Shown one piece after another: positions 1 to 13,189 of a DNA stretch of 64,000 nt. Source of the stretch: Eledone cirrhosa (taxonomy: Eukaryota); the NCBI GenBank assembly GCA_964016885.1, contig OZ024756.1:29078001-29142000 (forward strand), written 5' to 3'. The position numbers and the translations under genes were made by a program. A model generated the notes under the pieces. The model searched no databases and had not been told where the DNA came from. It saw only the letters and a list, made by a program, of their open reading frames with translations. How positions within the stretch are numbered: the first letter of the stretch is position 1; each line of letters opens with the position of its first letter.

Positions 1-960
1 GTGGTGGTGGTGGTGGTTGTAAAAGTAGTAGGAGTGGTAGTAGTATAGTAGTGGTTGTAGACGTGGTAGTAGTGGTGGTGGTTGTAAAAGTAGTAGTGGT
101 GGTGGTGGTGGTTGTAAAAGTAGTAGGAGTGGTAGTAGTATAGTAGTGGTTGTAGACGTGGTAGTAGTGGTGGTGGTTGTAAAAGTAGTGGTGGTGGTGG
201 TTCTAAAAGTAGTAGGAGTGGTAGTAGTATAGTAGTGGTTGTAGACGTGGTAGTAGTAGTAGTGGTGGTGGTTGTAAAAGTAGTAGTGGTGGCGGTGGTG
301 GTTCTAAAAGTAGTAGGAGTGGTAGTAGTATAGTAGTGGTTGTAGACGTGGTAGTAGTAGTGGTGTTAGTGGTGTTAATGATTGTGGCATCAACAGAATT
401 TGTTGTAGTGCGGTAGTAGTAGTGGTGGTGGTTGTAGCAGTAGTGTTAATGATTATGGTATCAGCAGATATCATAGTGGTGGTAGTGGTATTGGTGATGG
501 TAGTGTTGGTGGTGGTAGTGTTGGTGGTGTTGTTGATTCTGGTGGTGTTGGTGGTAGTGGCGTTGGGAGTAGTAGTAATAATAACATGTGGTGTTAGTAA
601 TGGTGGTGGTGGTGGTGTGGTGGTAGTGTTAGTTGTGGTGCGGTGGTGTGGTGGTGGTGATGGTGAGGTGTTAGTGATGGTGTTGGTAGTGGTGGTGTTG
701 GTGGTGTTGGTGATGGTAGTGGTGGTGTTAGTTGTGGTGTTAGTGATGGTGTTGGTGTTGGTGTGTGGTGGTGTTGGTGGTGGTGCTAGTGATGGTGGTG
801 TTAGTGATGGTGTTGGTGGTGATGTTAGTGATGATGGTGTTGGTGTTGGTAGTGGTGGTGTGGTGGTGTTGGTGTGTGGTGGTGTTAGTGATGGTGGTGG
901 TGGTGATGATGGTGGTGGTGGTGATGTTGGTGCTGATAGTGGTGTGATGGTGGTGGTGGT
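1..960. repeat. GGT/AGT-rich low-complexity tract with ~60 bp higher-order unit in first ~370 bp
   Basis: Recurring gttgtaaaagtagtaggagtggtagtagtatagtagtggttgtagacgtggtag blocks, then degenerate (GGT)n/(GTT)n. Confidence 0.9.
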
Positions 961-1005
961 CACCGACATTGACCATCCATTTTATCTTTTTTTGTTTTTT
1001 TTCAG

Positions 1006-1110
1006 AATGCCCAAGTCCATCTAGGACTACACTATATAATGTTTCCTTCTTGACAGCAGGGACAGATCAGATTTTACTGCCATTTCTAGCAGATCAAGAA
1101 ACCACCCAGG
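1006..1110 (+). other. Possible 5' UTR exon of the SLC16 gene
   Basis: Strong acceptor (ttttttgtttttttttcag|) before a unique island between two microsatellites; donor (cagg|gtatac) weak; only a 5-codon ORF. Confidence 0.3.
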
Positions 1111-1425
1111 GTATACATAGTGTGGGTGGGGGGTAAATGGGCATGTGATTATACATGTATGTATGGAAATGTGTGCTTGGGTATGTATGTATATGTGTAT
1201 GGTGATGTGTGTATATATGTGTAGGGTGATGTGTGTATATATGTGTAGGGTGATGTGTGTGTATAAATATATATGTAGGTATGGGTATGTATGTGGTTAT
1301 GAATGTATGGTAATGTGTGCATGGATATGTGGTTATGTATGTATATATATATATATATGGTGATGTATATATATATATATGTGTGTGTATGCATGTATGT
1401 ATAGTGATGTGTGTATGCATGTATG

Positions 1426-1477
<52 letters not shown>

Positions 1478-2013
1478 GTTATGTGTGAGAGTATGTATGT
1501 ATGTATATATATATTTATATATGTATGCATAGTGACGTGTGTATGCATGTATGTATGTATGATGTGTATATATTATGCATGTATGGTTATGTGTGAGAGT
1601 ATGTGTATATATATATATATGTATGTATGTATGATGTTGTGTATATGTATGCATGTATGTATGGTTGTGTGTATGTATACATGGGTATGTGGTTGTGTGT
1701 GTGTGATTCTATATATGTATAGTTATGTGGGTATGTATATGATTGTGTGTGTGTGTATGAGTATGTGGTTGTATGTGGTTATATATATATATATGGGTGT
1801 GTATGGGTATGAGAATGTATGAATAAGGGTTTGACTATGTATATGGTTGTGTATGTATGTGTGAGTGTTACATGTGTGTAAGGGTATATATGTGTGTTTA
1901 TGTATTGGAGTATATGTAAAGCTCTATATGTGTTTGGGTATGTATGGGTTTATGTAGCAGGTGTATAATATATGTATATGTGTGCAGTTGGGTATATATG
2001 TATGTGTGCAGGT

Positions 2014-2056
<43 letters not shown>

Positions 2057-2267
2057 CGGGTGTATGTCTGAATGTTTATATGGCTGTGTGTGTATGTATG
2101 GGTGTTTGTATAGGTATATGTTGGTGTGAGTATGTAACGATACAATCTCACCCCTATTGTATACTACACATATACCCAGGTGTGTGAGTGTGTGTGTGAG
2201 AGAGAGAGAGAATGAATGTGTGTGCGTGTGTGAGAGTGTATGTGTGAATGAGTGTGTGTGTGAATGA

Positions 2268-2316
<49 letters not shown>

Positions 2317-2819
2317 TAGGGGGAGACGCCTTAGCAACAGCACCAGCTCTCAGAGATGCAACTCTATGGTTCTGTATTTATAAATAGACAACCACTTCTT
2401 CTATTGGTTCTACCTCCCCCTCCTCCCCCTCTTCCTACTCCTCCTCCTCTTTTTTCCCCTAGCTTCTATTGTCTCCTCCTCCTCCCGTAATTTCTGTTGT
2501 CATCACCTCCCCCTTCTCATCTAGCTGCTGTTGTGGTCATCGTTCACCTTCTCTTCTCCATCTCTTCTAGTTGTTACTGCTGTCACTCTCTCTATCTTTC
2601 TCTCTCTATATCTCTCTATATCTCTCTCTTTCTCTCTCGTTCCCCCATTCTCTCTCTCTCCCTCTCTCGTTCCCCCTCCCCCTCTTAACGTCTACCTTTC
2701 TCGGGTTTTCCTTTCTCTTCCCTCCTCCTCCGCCTCCGCCTAATCATCATCATCTCTAAACTATATATACTCTTAGCACTTTCCCTACCCACCTCCCGTC
2801 TCTTCCTCTTACGTTAGGA

Positions 2820-2975
2820 TGCCATGCTTTGACGCATAGAGTTACGGCCCTTGCCATTCTGAGTTCAAATCCCGCCGAGGTTAACTTTGCCTTTCATCCT
2901 TACGGGGGTCGATAAAACAAAGTACCAGTAATGAACTTGGTAATTGCTGGCCTTGTGCCAAAAGTAGAAACAGTT
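2820..2975 (+). mobile_element. tRNA-derived SINE family A (Meta-domain-like); representative of >20 copies in window
   Basis: B-box gagttcaaatccc followed by ctttgcctttcatccttacggggtcgataaaataaagtaccag; copies e.g. 3460-3590, 12055-12240, 18170-19105(-), 22885-23460, 29030-29415, 41375-41560, 47000-47580, 49820-49980, 56590-56695, 59350-59500(-), 62960-63110(-), 63172-63325, 63490-63675. Confidence 0.85.
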
Positions 2976-3029
2976 ATTACCCTTTCCCTTACTTCCTACT
3001 ATCTTTCGGTTCTGTTTCCACCACCACCA

Positions 3030-3245
3030 CCACCCTATGTCATCCACCACCACCACCACCACCACCCTATGTCATCCACCACCACCACCACCCTATGTCA
3101 TCCACCACCACCACCACCCTATGTCATCCACCACCACCACCCTATGACATCCACCACCACCACCACCCTATGTCATCCACCACCACCACCACCACCACCC
3201 TATGTCATCCACCACCACCACCACCACCACCCTATGTCATCCACC
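3030..3245. repeat. Minisatellite cctatgtcat(cca)n
   Basis: About 8 copies with variable CCA number. Confidence 0.9.
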
Positions 3246-3744
3246 AAAATCTCGTTCTTTTTTCTTCCTCATTACACCCATTAATTTTATCTTATGTTCC
3301 CGTCTATGTATTTGCTGTTGTTCCCTGCTATAATGTTTTAACATTGGTTCCCAATGTTTTCCCTACCAAAGACCTTTGTTATTTAAGGGCTACCGTTACA
3401 GTTTTCCGTTACAAAACTGTAACGGAAGCTCTTAAATAATATAAATATACATTGTACATAGGGTCGGACATGCTTTGTAACATAGAGTTACGCCCCTTTA
3501 CGAGCTGAGTTCAAATCCCGCCGAGGTTAACTTTGCCTTTCATCCTTACGGTGTCGATAAAATAAAGTACCAGTAACGCACTGGGGTCGATTGTATGGAT
3601 TTTTTTTTTTTAAAGCGCTTGCAATTTTCAACTTAAGTGACCCTTAGTACTACATTTGCAGACACCAAGATAGGAACTTCTGTTGTGCCGGTAACCTGGC
3701 AGAAATTCTCAGAATTTCGGAGTTGTATTTGCCTGGCAAGTGAC

Positions 3745-3966
3745 TTAACCCTTTAGCATTTACATTACTCTATATAGTATTGTATTTTTGTGATAAAGGC
3801 TTTACCTCACATAATTATTTCATATAATATCGAATCTATGAGATTTTGATATCATTTGAGAAGAATACCTTAACATCAGTATGAGTGGCCAGTTACGGCT
3901 GGTTTGAACAGAAAGAGGTGAGAGAATTCTGGCTGGATGTGACCAGTTTAAATGCTAAAGCGTTAA
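3745..3966. mobile_element. ~220 bp TTAA-flanked MITE (piggyBac-type ends)
   Basis: ttaa-ccctttagcattta ... taaatgctaaagcg-ttaa terminal inverted repeats; other copies 23873-24086, 25652-25869, 38683-38918. Confidence 0.8.
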
Positions 3967-5197
3967 TTTGAGACCGTATGTTGAAACAAAAGTAATTATC
4001 GTGCAAGGAGTTATTTTTGCCATTCAAAAAAACATACAAAAACTTTTAACCCCATTATTTTTACATTTGTTATATATTTCCTGGTGTCAAAATTTTAATT
4101 TCATTTTTTGTTATTCTCTGATTCTGTAGAGGTTTCTAAAGAATTCTTCTTCATCGTCATCTTTTTACGCCCATTCTCCATGCTAGCACGGGTTAGACGA
4201 GTTGTTATGATCTGATTAAACATATTAGATGACCATATCTTGCTCAGAAATAAGCTTCGTCCTCGATTTGACAACCAAAAATTTGAAAAAAATTAATAAA
4301 CATCCTTCGGCCTTCAGGACGCATGGTAGAGTTTTGAGACTTATTTTAGGGAAAAAAGTAGCATCTTCGATGGCGGGAAATACGGTGATTGTTGTGAAGT
4401 CTAGAATTTGTAGCAACTTTAATCCTTTTATTACTGTATTTCTAATGAAAGACCAAACATCTAAAATCCAGGGCCTTCTCACTCCTTTTGGAGAAACCCC
4501 TCTCTGGTTGACGTCCACTGCTTCTTATCTCTGTCCATGTGGGGTTGAGGTATCAGGTCAGATCATTGCACCATCTGGTCTTTGGTCACCCTTTCGTTCG
4601 TCTCCACTGCCATGGTGTCTACTCTGTCTTTCTAATAGTTCACCTGTTGTCTCTGAAATGAGAGATATGGCCAGCCCATCTGTGTTTGTCCTAATGAAAG
4701 GATATTGCCTATTACTTATTGACAGTAAAAAAGATGTAAGGCAAAGTTGACCTCAGCAAAATTTGAACTCGAGGCAGAGAGAGCTTGAATATATTCCACA
4801 AACCATTCTATCTGAAGTTCTAATGACTCTGTTAATTTGCCACCTGTAGTAGCATATGAAGAGGTTCTGTTACATAGAAATGGTGAACTCTGATCTCAGA
4901 ATGCCAACCTTCATACGTGAGATTCTAAAAGGTCAAGATTTAGTGTGAGGCCCATGTCAGTTCTCTCAAGCTTGTGCTAACCCTCTAGTGTGAATACAAG
5001 GAAGACTATAAATCAGAGTAGTACTCAATGCATGGTGATTTGTAGAGCTAGTGTATTAATGAAGTAGAAGTCCAATTATGAGCTCTGGTAGTGGGGGTGG
5101 GGGTTAGCAAGGAAAACAGGAAAGGACCGGAAAAATAGAAATAAAAATAAATATAAAACATGAAGTCAAAATAAATAGAAACAGAATTAAATGGAAT

Positions 5198-5255
<58 letters not shown>

Positions 5256-5350
5256 GGTAATTCCGAAGAAAAGGCAAAGGAAAGGAAAAAAGAGTGCTCT
5301 ATGTATAGAACAGAGCTATTTAATTAGAAAGTGAACACAACAGATAACAT

Positions 5351-5418
5351 CTTTGTCTGATGAACGATCCAGACGTATATTGATATTGTCTGGAGTCCTG
5401 AAACCTTTGGTAATGGAG
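5351..5418 (+). ncRNA. Type I hammerhead ribozyme motif (partly degenerate)
   Basis: CTGATGA 5357-5363; stem II tccagac/gtctgga; GAAA 5400-5403; stem III acc-ttt-ggt; GUA site 5410-5412; stem I ctttgt/atggag with G-U pairs. Confidence 0.65.
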
Positions 5419-5538
5419 TAGTGATATATTGTGTTTCTAATTTTATATATATATATATATACACATATAGAAGTGGTAACACAACCTAACTCGTCCCATG
5501 GACTGAGTTCTCTACCACTACGGATATTACCTTCCAGT

Positions 5539-5592
<54 letters not shown>

Positions 5593-5825
5593 ATGTCCTA
5601 CTTTCACACACACACATATACACACAAAGTAAAAGTAAAGTTTAAAGTAGGAATTTGTCGTCCCCCCTCTCTCTCACTCACCTTGTCTCTCTCTGTTTTC
5701 TATCTTCTCAACTTCACTTCTCCCCTTCCCTCCCTCTTGGTCTGTCTCTCTATTTTCTGTCGCTTAAAAACTTCTTCAGCCTCCTCCTCTTTCCTTCTGT
5801 CTCTATTTTTCTTTTTATTCCTTCC

Positions 5826-7140
5826 CCTCCACCATCTCTCCTACCCCCTCCACCATCTCTCCTACCCCTTCCACCATCTCTCCTACCCCTTCCACCATCT
5901 CTCCTACCCCTTCCACCATCTCTCCTACCCCTTCCACCATCTCTCCTACCCCTTCCACCATCTCTCCTACCCCTTCCACCATCTCTCCTACCCCCTCCAC
6001 CATCTCTCCTACCCCCTCCACCATCTCTCCTACCCCTTCCACCATCTCTCCTACCCCCTCCACCATCTCTCCTACCCCCTCCACCATCTCTCCTACCCCT
6101 TCCACCATCTCTCCTACCCCCTCCACCATCTCTCCTACCCCTTCCACCATCTCTCCTACCCCCTCCACCATCTCTCCTACCCCTTCCACCATCTCTCCTA
6201 CCCCCTCCACCATCTCTCCTACCCCCTCCACCATCTCTCCTACCCCCTCCACCATCTCTCCTACCCCCCTCCACCATCTCTCCTACCCCTTCCACCATCT
6301 CTCCTACCCCTTCCACCATCTCTCCTACCCCTTCCACCATCTCTCCTACCCCTTCCACCATCTCTCTTACCCCTTCCACCATCTCTCCTACCCCCTCCAC
6401 CATCTCTCCTACCCCCTCCACCATCTCTCCTACCCCTTCCACCATCTCTCCTACCCCCTCCACCATCTCTCCTACCCCCTCCACCATCTCTCCTACCCCC
6501 TCTACCATCTCTCCTACCCCCCTCCACCATCTCTCCTACCCCTTCCACCATCTCTCCTACCCCTTCCACCATCTCTCCTACCCCTTCCACCATCTCTCCT
6601 ACCCCTTCCACCATCTCTCCTACCCCTTCCACCATCTCTCCTACCCCTTCCACCATCTCTCCTACCCCTTCCACCATCTCTCCTACCCCTTCCACCATCT
6701 CTCCTACCCCTTCCACCATCTCTCCTACCCCCTCCACCATCTCTCCTACCCCTTCCACCATCTCTCCTACCCCCTCCACCATCTCTCCTACCCCTTCCAC
6801 CATCTCTCCTACCCCCTCCACCATCTCTCCTACCCCTTCCACCATCTCTCCTACCCCCTCCACCATCTCTCCTACCCCCTCCACCATCTCTCCTACCCCC
6901 TCCACCATCTCTCCTACCCCCCTCCACCATCTCTCCTACCCCTTCCACCATCTCTCCTACCCCTTCCACCATCTCTCCTACCCCTTCCACCATCTCTCCT
7001 ACCCCTTCCACCATCTCTCCTACCCCTTCCACCATCTCTCCTACCCCTTCCACCATCTCTCTTACCCCTTCCACCATCTCTCCTACCCCCTCCACCATCT
7101 CTCCTACCCCCTCCACCATCTCTCCTTCCCCTCCACCATC
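5826..7140. repeat. 21-bp minisatellite ccaccatctctcctacccc(c/t)t, ~60 copies
   Basis: Direct reading; source of the HHLSYP/PSTISPT/VGEMVEG pseudo-ORFs. Confidence 0.97.
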
Positions 7141-7498
7141 TCTCCTTCTCTCTATTTTTTAATCCCCCCCCCATCCTCTCACATCCCTTCTATTACACCT
7201 TCCTCCTTCCTCTCATACTCTCCTCTCTCTCTCTCTCCTGATTCCTCCTCCCTCTCATACTCTCCTCTCTCTCTCCTGATTCCTCCTTCCTCTCATACTC
7301 TCCTCTCTCTCTCCTGATTCCTCCTTCCTCTCATACTCTCCTCTCTCTCTTTCCTGATTCCTCCTTCCTCTCATACTCTCCTCTCTCTCTTTCCTGATTC
7401 CTCCTTCCTCTCATACTCTCTCCTCTCTCTCCTGACCCCCCTCTTTCTCTGTATATATATATATATATATTTTTTTTTATTTCTTTTTCTCTCTTCAG

Positions 7499-7642
7499 AT
7501 TATCTCAGATAACAAAATAGTTTGCTTCTGTTGCTCAGCCTCTTTCTTTCCTTCTTTAATTACATCTGTTGATTTTTAAGTAAACTAGTTTCTTAGGCAG
7601 AAGGCCAGTAGTATTTGTTGTTTTTGTTTTCTGAAGAACGAG
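7499..7642 (+). other. Probable non-coding 5' UTR exon of the SLC16 gene
   Basis: Acceptor ttctttttctctcttcag| and donor gag|gtgaga bound 144 nt of unique sequence upstream of the first coding exon. Confidence 0.5.
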
Positions 7643-8204
7643 GTGAGATGGGGTAGAGGGATTCACCCTTTTCATACCACCAAACCTCCCTTGGTTCTCT
7701 GATATATAAAACTGTTTATTCTAAAGTGTTTTACATTTATCTCAAAATCTTCTGTCATAATTTTATGTAAGAACCTTTGTTAAGTTGTGTTCCAAACACC
7801 AGCTTAATAATGAGAAAGTTAGTTATATTACTAAATTCTTGGATTATTTTCAAAATTATTTGAAAATCTAGATTTGTGTCTTTCAGTGGAAATATGGTGC
7901 CAAAAAACAAAACGGTTAACTAAGTAGCAATTAACAATATCTTTTTTCTAACCCCCAAAAGCACCCAGTTTATCCATTAAGGCGGTACTATTGGTGCCTC
8001 AACAAAAAGCACCCAGTCCACATTGTAAGATGGTAGTGCTGGTGCCTCAACAAAAAACACCCCATCCGCATTGTAAGATGGTAGTTGCATGGAAGTTAAA
8101 GATTGGCAGTAAATACAGGGCATGTATAGAGGTTGGTGAGAAATGAAGTGAGCATGGCTCGATGGATATGTGATAGTAATACACGTGAACAGTGAAGCAT
8201 GGAT

Positions 8205-8770
8205 GAACTGCGAGAGAGAGAAACTGGTTATAAGAGGAACCAGATGCGGTGTGCAAGAGAGAAGACTGTGCTGGTAGGGACATGTGATGCATATGGATGA
8301 ACTGAGAGAGAGAGAAACTGGTTATAAGAGGAGCCAGATGTGGTGTGCAAGAGAGAAGACTGTGCTGGTAGGGACATGTGATGCATGGATGAACTGAGAG
8401 AGAGAGAAACTGGTTATAAGAGGAGCCAGGTGTGGTGTGCAAGAGAGAAGACTGTGCTGGTAGGAACATGTGATGCATATGGATGAACTGAGAGAGAGAG
8501 AAACTGGTTATAAGAGGAACCAGATGTGGTGTGCAAGAGAGAAGACTGTGCTGGTAGGGACATGTGATGCATATGGATGAACTGAGAGAGAGAGAAACTG
8601 GTTATAAGAGGAACCAGATGTGGTGTGCAAGAGAGAAGACTGTGCTGGTAGGGACATGTGAAGCGTGGATGAACTGAGAGAGAGAGAGAAACTGGTTATA
8701 AGAGGAGCCAGATGTGGTGTTCAAGAGATAAGACTGTGCTGGTAGGGACATGTGATGCATATGGATGATG
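8205..8770 (+). repeat. Six tandem ~92-94 bp copies of an RTE LINE 3' segment
   Basis: Unit gaactgagagagaaactggttataagaggaaccagatgtggtgtgcaagagagaagactgtgctggtagggacatgtgatgc aligns to LINE 11343-11430 (ELREKLGIRGIRC..RRLRWYGHV). Confidence 0.85.
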
Positions 8771-9496
8771 AATACTGGATAGAGACATGCCAAGAGATGC
8801 CACTGGCTGGAGAGAAACTAAGAAAAAAACCTAGACAGATGTGATGAGAGTGCATCTCAAAACGCTGAATCTCACAGATAAGATTGCAAAAGAAAGCAGC
8901 AAGTGGAGTGAAGCTGTGCTGGAAAATATCCATCAAACCTATTCAAACATGGAAAAATGGATGTAAAATGGGTGATGATATTATATTACTGTTATTACAC
9001 TGGGTAATTGCTGGCCTTGTGCCTAACGTAGAAACAATTACTGTTATTACTCTGAGTAGCAACTGAAGTAATTTCAGTAATATAATATAATATAATATAT
9101 ATTATATATATATATGTATATGTGTATATATATGTATGTGTATATGTATGTATATATGTGTATGTATATATATGTATATATGTATGTATATGTGTATATG
9201 TATGTTATCTCTTTCTCTTAATTTCGAGTATACTTTTTTGACCGGCTACCTTCCTGGTGGCAAGGTTGTAAAAGAAAAGAAATTGTCATCCCTTGAATCG
9301 CAAGAATGTTTTGCAAATTTTGAAGGTGCCAGCTATCGCAGCCATTTGTAGACTATGAATTAGGAGCTGCGCTCTTTGTCCGCAAATCCAAGTTCAGTCA
9401 TACTTTGGTCCAAGCAGGTTGGTATATAACCCGTATGTATGTATGTGTGTGTCGCACTCACACGCACGCACACACGTACGCACGCACGCACACGCG

Positions 9497-9536
<40 letters not shown>

Positions 9537-9656
9537 CATTACTTAATGTGGAAGTTGAGGGTATTCATATTTTTCATATTTGCAGTTGGACTTTATATAT
9601 ATATAATGTTTCATATATATATAATATATATAATGTTTTATATATATATAATATAA

Positions 9657-11560
9657 CAAGTGGCCAGGAGGGAAGCTAGGAGACAAGTGTACTTCGCAAG
9701 AAGGGAAGCAGAGGAAAGAAAGTTCAAGCATGTTCTACAACGCGAGGGCCAAAAACGTGAGGTGTTCAGGATTGCTAGGCAATGTGTCAAGGAAAACTGT
9801 GATATTGTTGGGGAGAAGTGTGTCCTTAATGATGATGGTGTACTTGCCATCACTGACGCTGATAAGAAGGTAGCTTGGAAGTGTCACTACGAAAGGCTAC
9901 TAAATGAGGAGAATAATTGGGAGAAAGACAGTCTCCCCCACATCGATCCAATAGAGGGACCAGCAGTGCAAGTTGAAGGTAGTATAATAAGTAAGGCGAT
10001 CAAAGACATGAAGACAGGCAAGGCGGCTGGGCCTTCGGAAATAGTTGCTGAAATGCTGAAAGCATCTGGAATGGTGGGACACACTATGGTCACCCAGATA
10101 GTAAACCAAGTCATACATAATGGGGTCGTTCCGAAGGACTGGCGTAGCAGCTTCATCATTAACTGCTACAAGGGTAAAGGTGATGCCCTAGATAGGGGAA
10201 ACTATAGAGGCATTAAATTAATTGACCAGGTCATGAAGGTCACAGAAAAAGTAATAGCGCAACTAATCAGAGAGCGAATTGATCTAGATGAAATGCAGTT
10301 CGGGTTTGTGTCAGGTAAAAGTACAACAGACGCTCTTTTCATTGTACGACAACTACAGGAGAAGTACCTAGCTAAAAGTAAACCCCTATACTTAGCTTTT
10401 GTTGACTTGGAGAAAGTCTTTGACAGAGTACCCCGCTCGATTATCTGGTGGGCTCTTAGAAAACTAGGTGTTGATGAATGGCTTGTGAGAGCTATACAAA
10501 CCATGTATAAAGAAACAGTCAGCAAGGTTAGAATTAACAATGAATATAGTGAAGAGTTTAGCGTAAAGGTTCGTGTTCATCAGGGCTCTGTCCTTAGCCC
10601 CCTACTATTTATTATTGCCCTTCAGGCTATAACAGAGGAGTTCAAGACCGGCTGCCCATGGGAACTCCTATATGCAGATGATCTAACGCTGATAGCTGAA
10701 TCAATGGCTGAATTAGAGAAGAAATTCTAAACATGGAAGCATGGCCTAGAATCAAAAGGCCTTAAAATTAACCTGTCTAAGACTAAAGTTCTAATTTGTA
10801 GGAAGGAAAATAGGGCACTGGTCCCATCTGGGAAATGGCCATGCTCAGTGTGTAGGAAAGGAGTAGGCAGAAACTCCATTTTATGTCCCAAATGCATAAA
10901 AGATGTAGTGGGATCACAAGTAAGCTAACTAAGAATATAGATTTTATATGTGGCCGGTGCTCAGGTGCAATAAGTAGCAGCAAATGCCCACAGAATACTA
11001 GCTCATTCCATTGCACAGATGGTTCTATAGAAATAGTGGACACCTTCCGTTACCTGGGTGACAAAATCAGCAGTGGTGGAGGGTGCTCTGAAAGAACAGT
11101 AGCTAGAGTCAGAACGGGATGGAAAAGGTTCAGAGAGCTTATTTATACCACTATTGGCCGCTAAAGGGTTCTCTCTAAAAATGAAAGGCAGGCTGTATTA
11201 TGCCTGCATACGAACAGCAATGTTACATGGCAGTGAGACTTGGGCATTGTGTGCAGAGTATATACGCAGAGTGGAGAGGAATGAAGCTTGCATGCTCCGT
11301 TGGATGTGTAATAGTAATATACGTGAACGGCAAAGCATAAATGAACTAAGGGAGAAATTAGGAATAAGAGGAATCAGATGTTGTTTACTCAAGAGAAGAC
11401 TACGTTGGTATGGTCACGTGTTGCGCATGAAAGACGACAGCTGTATAAAAAAGTGCAGGGCGATAAATATAGACGGTAGCTACGGAGTAGGCAGACCCAG
11501 AAAAACCTGGGACGACTTGATAAATTCCGACCTTACACACTTACACCTCTCCAAGACAAT
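9657..11560 (+). mobile_element. 5'-truncated RTE-clade non-LTR retrotransposon (RT region), disrupted
   Basis: ORF 9660-10730 with GNYRGIKL, QFGF..GKSTTD, FVDLEKVFDRV, VHQGSVLSPLLF, LLYADD; stop at 10728; frameshifted continuation with Cys-rich segment and RRLRWYGHVLRM...GRPRKTW; no endonuclease domain present. Confidence 0.93.
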
Positions 11561-11584
11561 GGTGGTGGTGGTGGTGGTGGAGAG

Positions 11585-11619
<35 letters not shown>

Positions 11620-12684
11620 ACACACATGCACAGCATTTGTCTATGCAGAAGTATGCATTTATGCACACACACACTCTCACACACACACAAACACACACTC
11701 ACACACACTCACACACACTCACACACACTCTTACACACAAACACACACGGTAATGATGTTGTTTACAAAACATCTGACTGATGGTTGAGCAACTGTAGTT
11801 GCCTTGAAAGATTCAAATTACACATGTTGTACGTTGTTGTTGTTGTACATTGTTGTTGTTGTACGCTGTTGTTGTTGTTGTTGTTTTTGTGTTGTGGGTG
11901 TGTTGTTGTTTGTGTTGTTGATGTGGGTTGATGTTGACTTCACATCTCCATTGGGAAGCTGAGAACGCATGGCTTAACACATACACACTCTTTTATATAT
12001 ACACACACACATACATACAGTATATATATGTATATATATACATACATACATTGAGTGGGTTGGCAGTATCAGTAGAAGGTCGGGCGCCATGCTTTGCAGC
12101 ATAGTTACGGCCCTTTATGATCTGAGTTCAAATCCCGCCTAGGTTAACTTTGCCTTTCATCCTTACGGGGTCGATAAAATAAAGTACCAGTTATGCACTG
12201 GGATAATTGCTGGCCTTGTGCCAAAAGTAGAAACAATTAGCTAAGGAGGTTTGACATTGATGAGATGCATTGGATATTTAGCAGGTAAGAATAGGGTATT
12301 AAACCTGGGAGGGGTGAAGCAACCAAGAAACCTCCTATGAGCTGAAATATTGTAGGAGACCAGCTAAACCTGCTTAGGAGTGAGCTTTAATGACAACAGC
12401 AACACAAGACAGGGGCCTATATCATTAAAACACTCAAGAGACCTCTTATAAGATGTAACCATGTAAAAAGCTAGCTAAACCTGCATATCAATGTGTTGTA
12501 ATGACCACGGTAACATGGTAAGAAAGAGGGCCCTATCATTAAAACACCCAATAAACCTATGTGCTGCAATCTTTTGAGAGGCCTGCTAAACTTGTATTGG
12601 TGTGAGCTGTAGTGATAACAGCAACATGGCAGGAAAGGAGACCCCTATCATTAATTAAACCTTGTAGGAGGCCAGCGAAACCTA

Positions 12685-12985
12685 TATAGTGTGGTCCCGG
12701 TTATTCGCAGAATTTTTCTTAGAACCTAACTAATAATTGTTCGTGGAAACCACCGCATATTTGCAGAATTGTAAATATCTTCCGCGATTTTTTAATGGCT
12801 TTTTTTGTGGCAATATACATTTTTTCACGCTTTTTAACGTTAAATTATTAATAACAATATACTGTATTTGCCAGCCTATATTTTATGTAATGTTTTGACA
12901 TTTATAGGCATTTTTATGGACCACATCCAATATTCACAGGTGCTTTAGGAATGTAACCCCTGCAAATACCCGGGGTCAACTGTAT
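12685..12985. mobile_element. Tigger/Tc1-mariner-type MITE
   Basis: Imperfect TIRs ta-tagtgtggtcccggttattcgcag ... ctgcaaataccggggtcaactg-ta. Confidence 0.55.
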
Positions 12986-13189
12986 TTATATCTCTGTGTG
13001 AGCTATAAATTTTGTTTCATTTACAAATACGCTCCTTGTTTTTTCTCCTTAATAAAAACATGTTTTTTCTTCTGTTACAGGTGTGACCTAGGTGTGTGGC
13101 AGCCCCCCTCCCCCTCCCCTCCTCCACTATCCACTGGTCAATCTGGCCTCCGAACTGGACCCTCTACATCACTGTATCGGAGCCAGAAG

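Noticed and set aside
4229-4750. 173-aa ORF
   Set aside because: No recognisable domain; composed of repeat fragments (part recurs near 22730-22800).
5431-7317. 628/528-aa ORFs
   Set aside because: Translations of a 21-bp minisatellite, open in several frames on both strands.
8205-8770. CRISPR-like regular array (also 13704-13945)
   Set aside because: No unique spacers, eukaryotic context, and the 8205 unit is LINE-derived.
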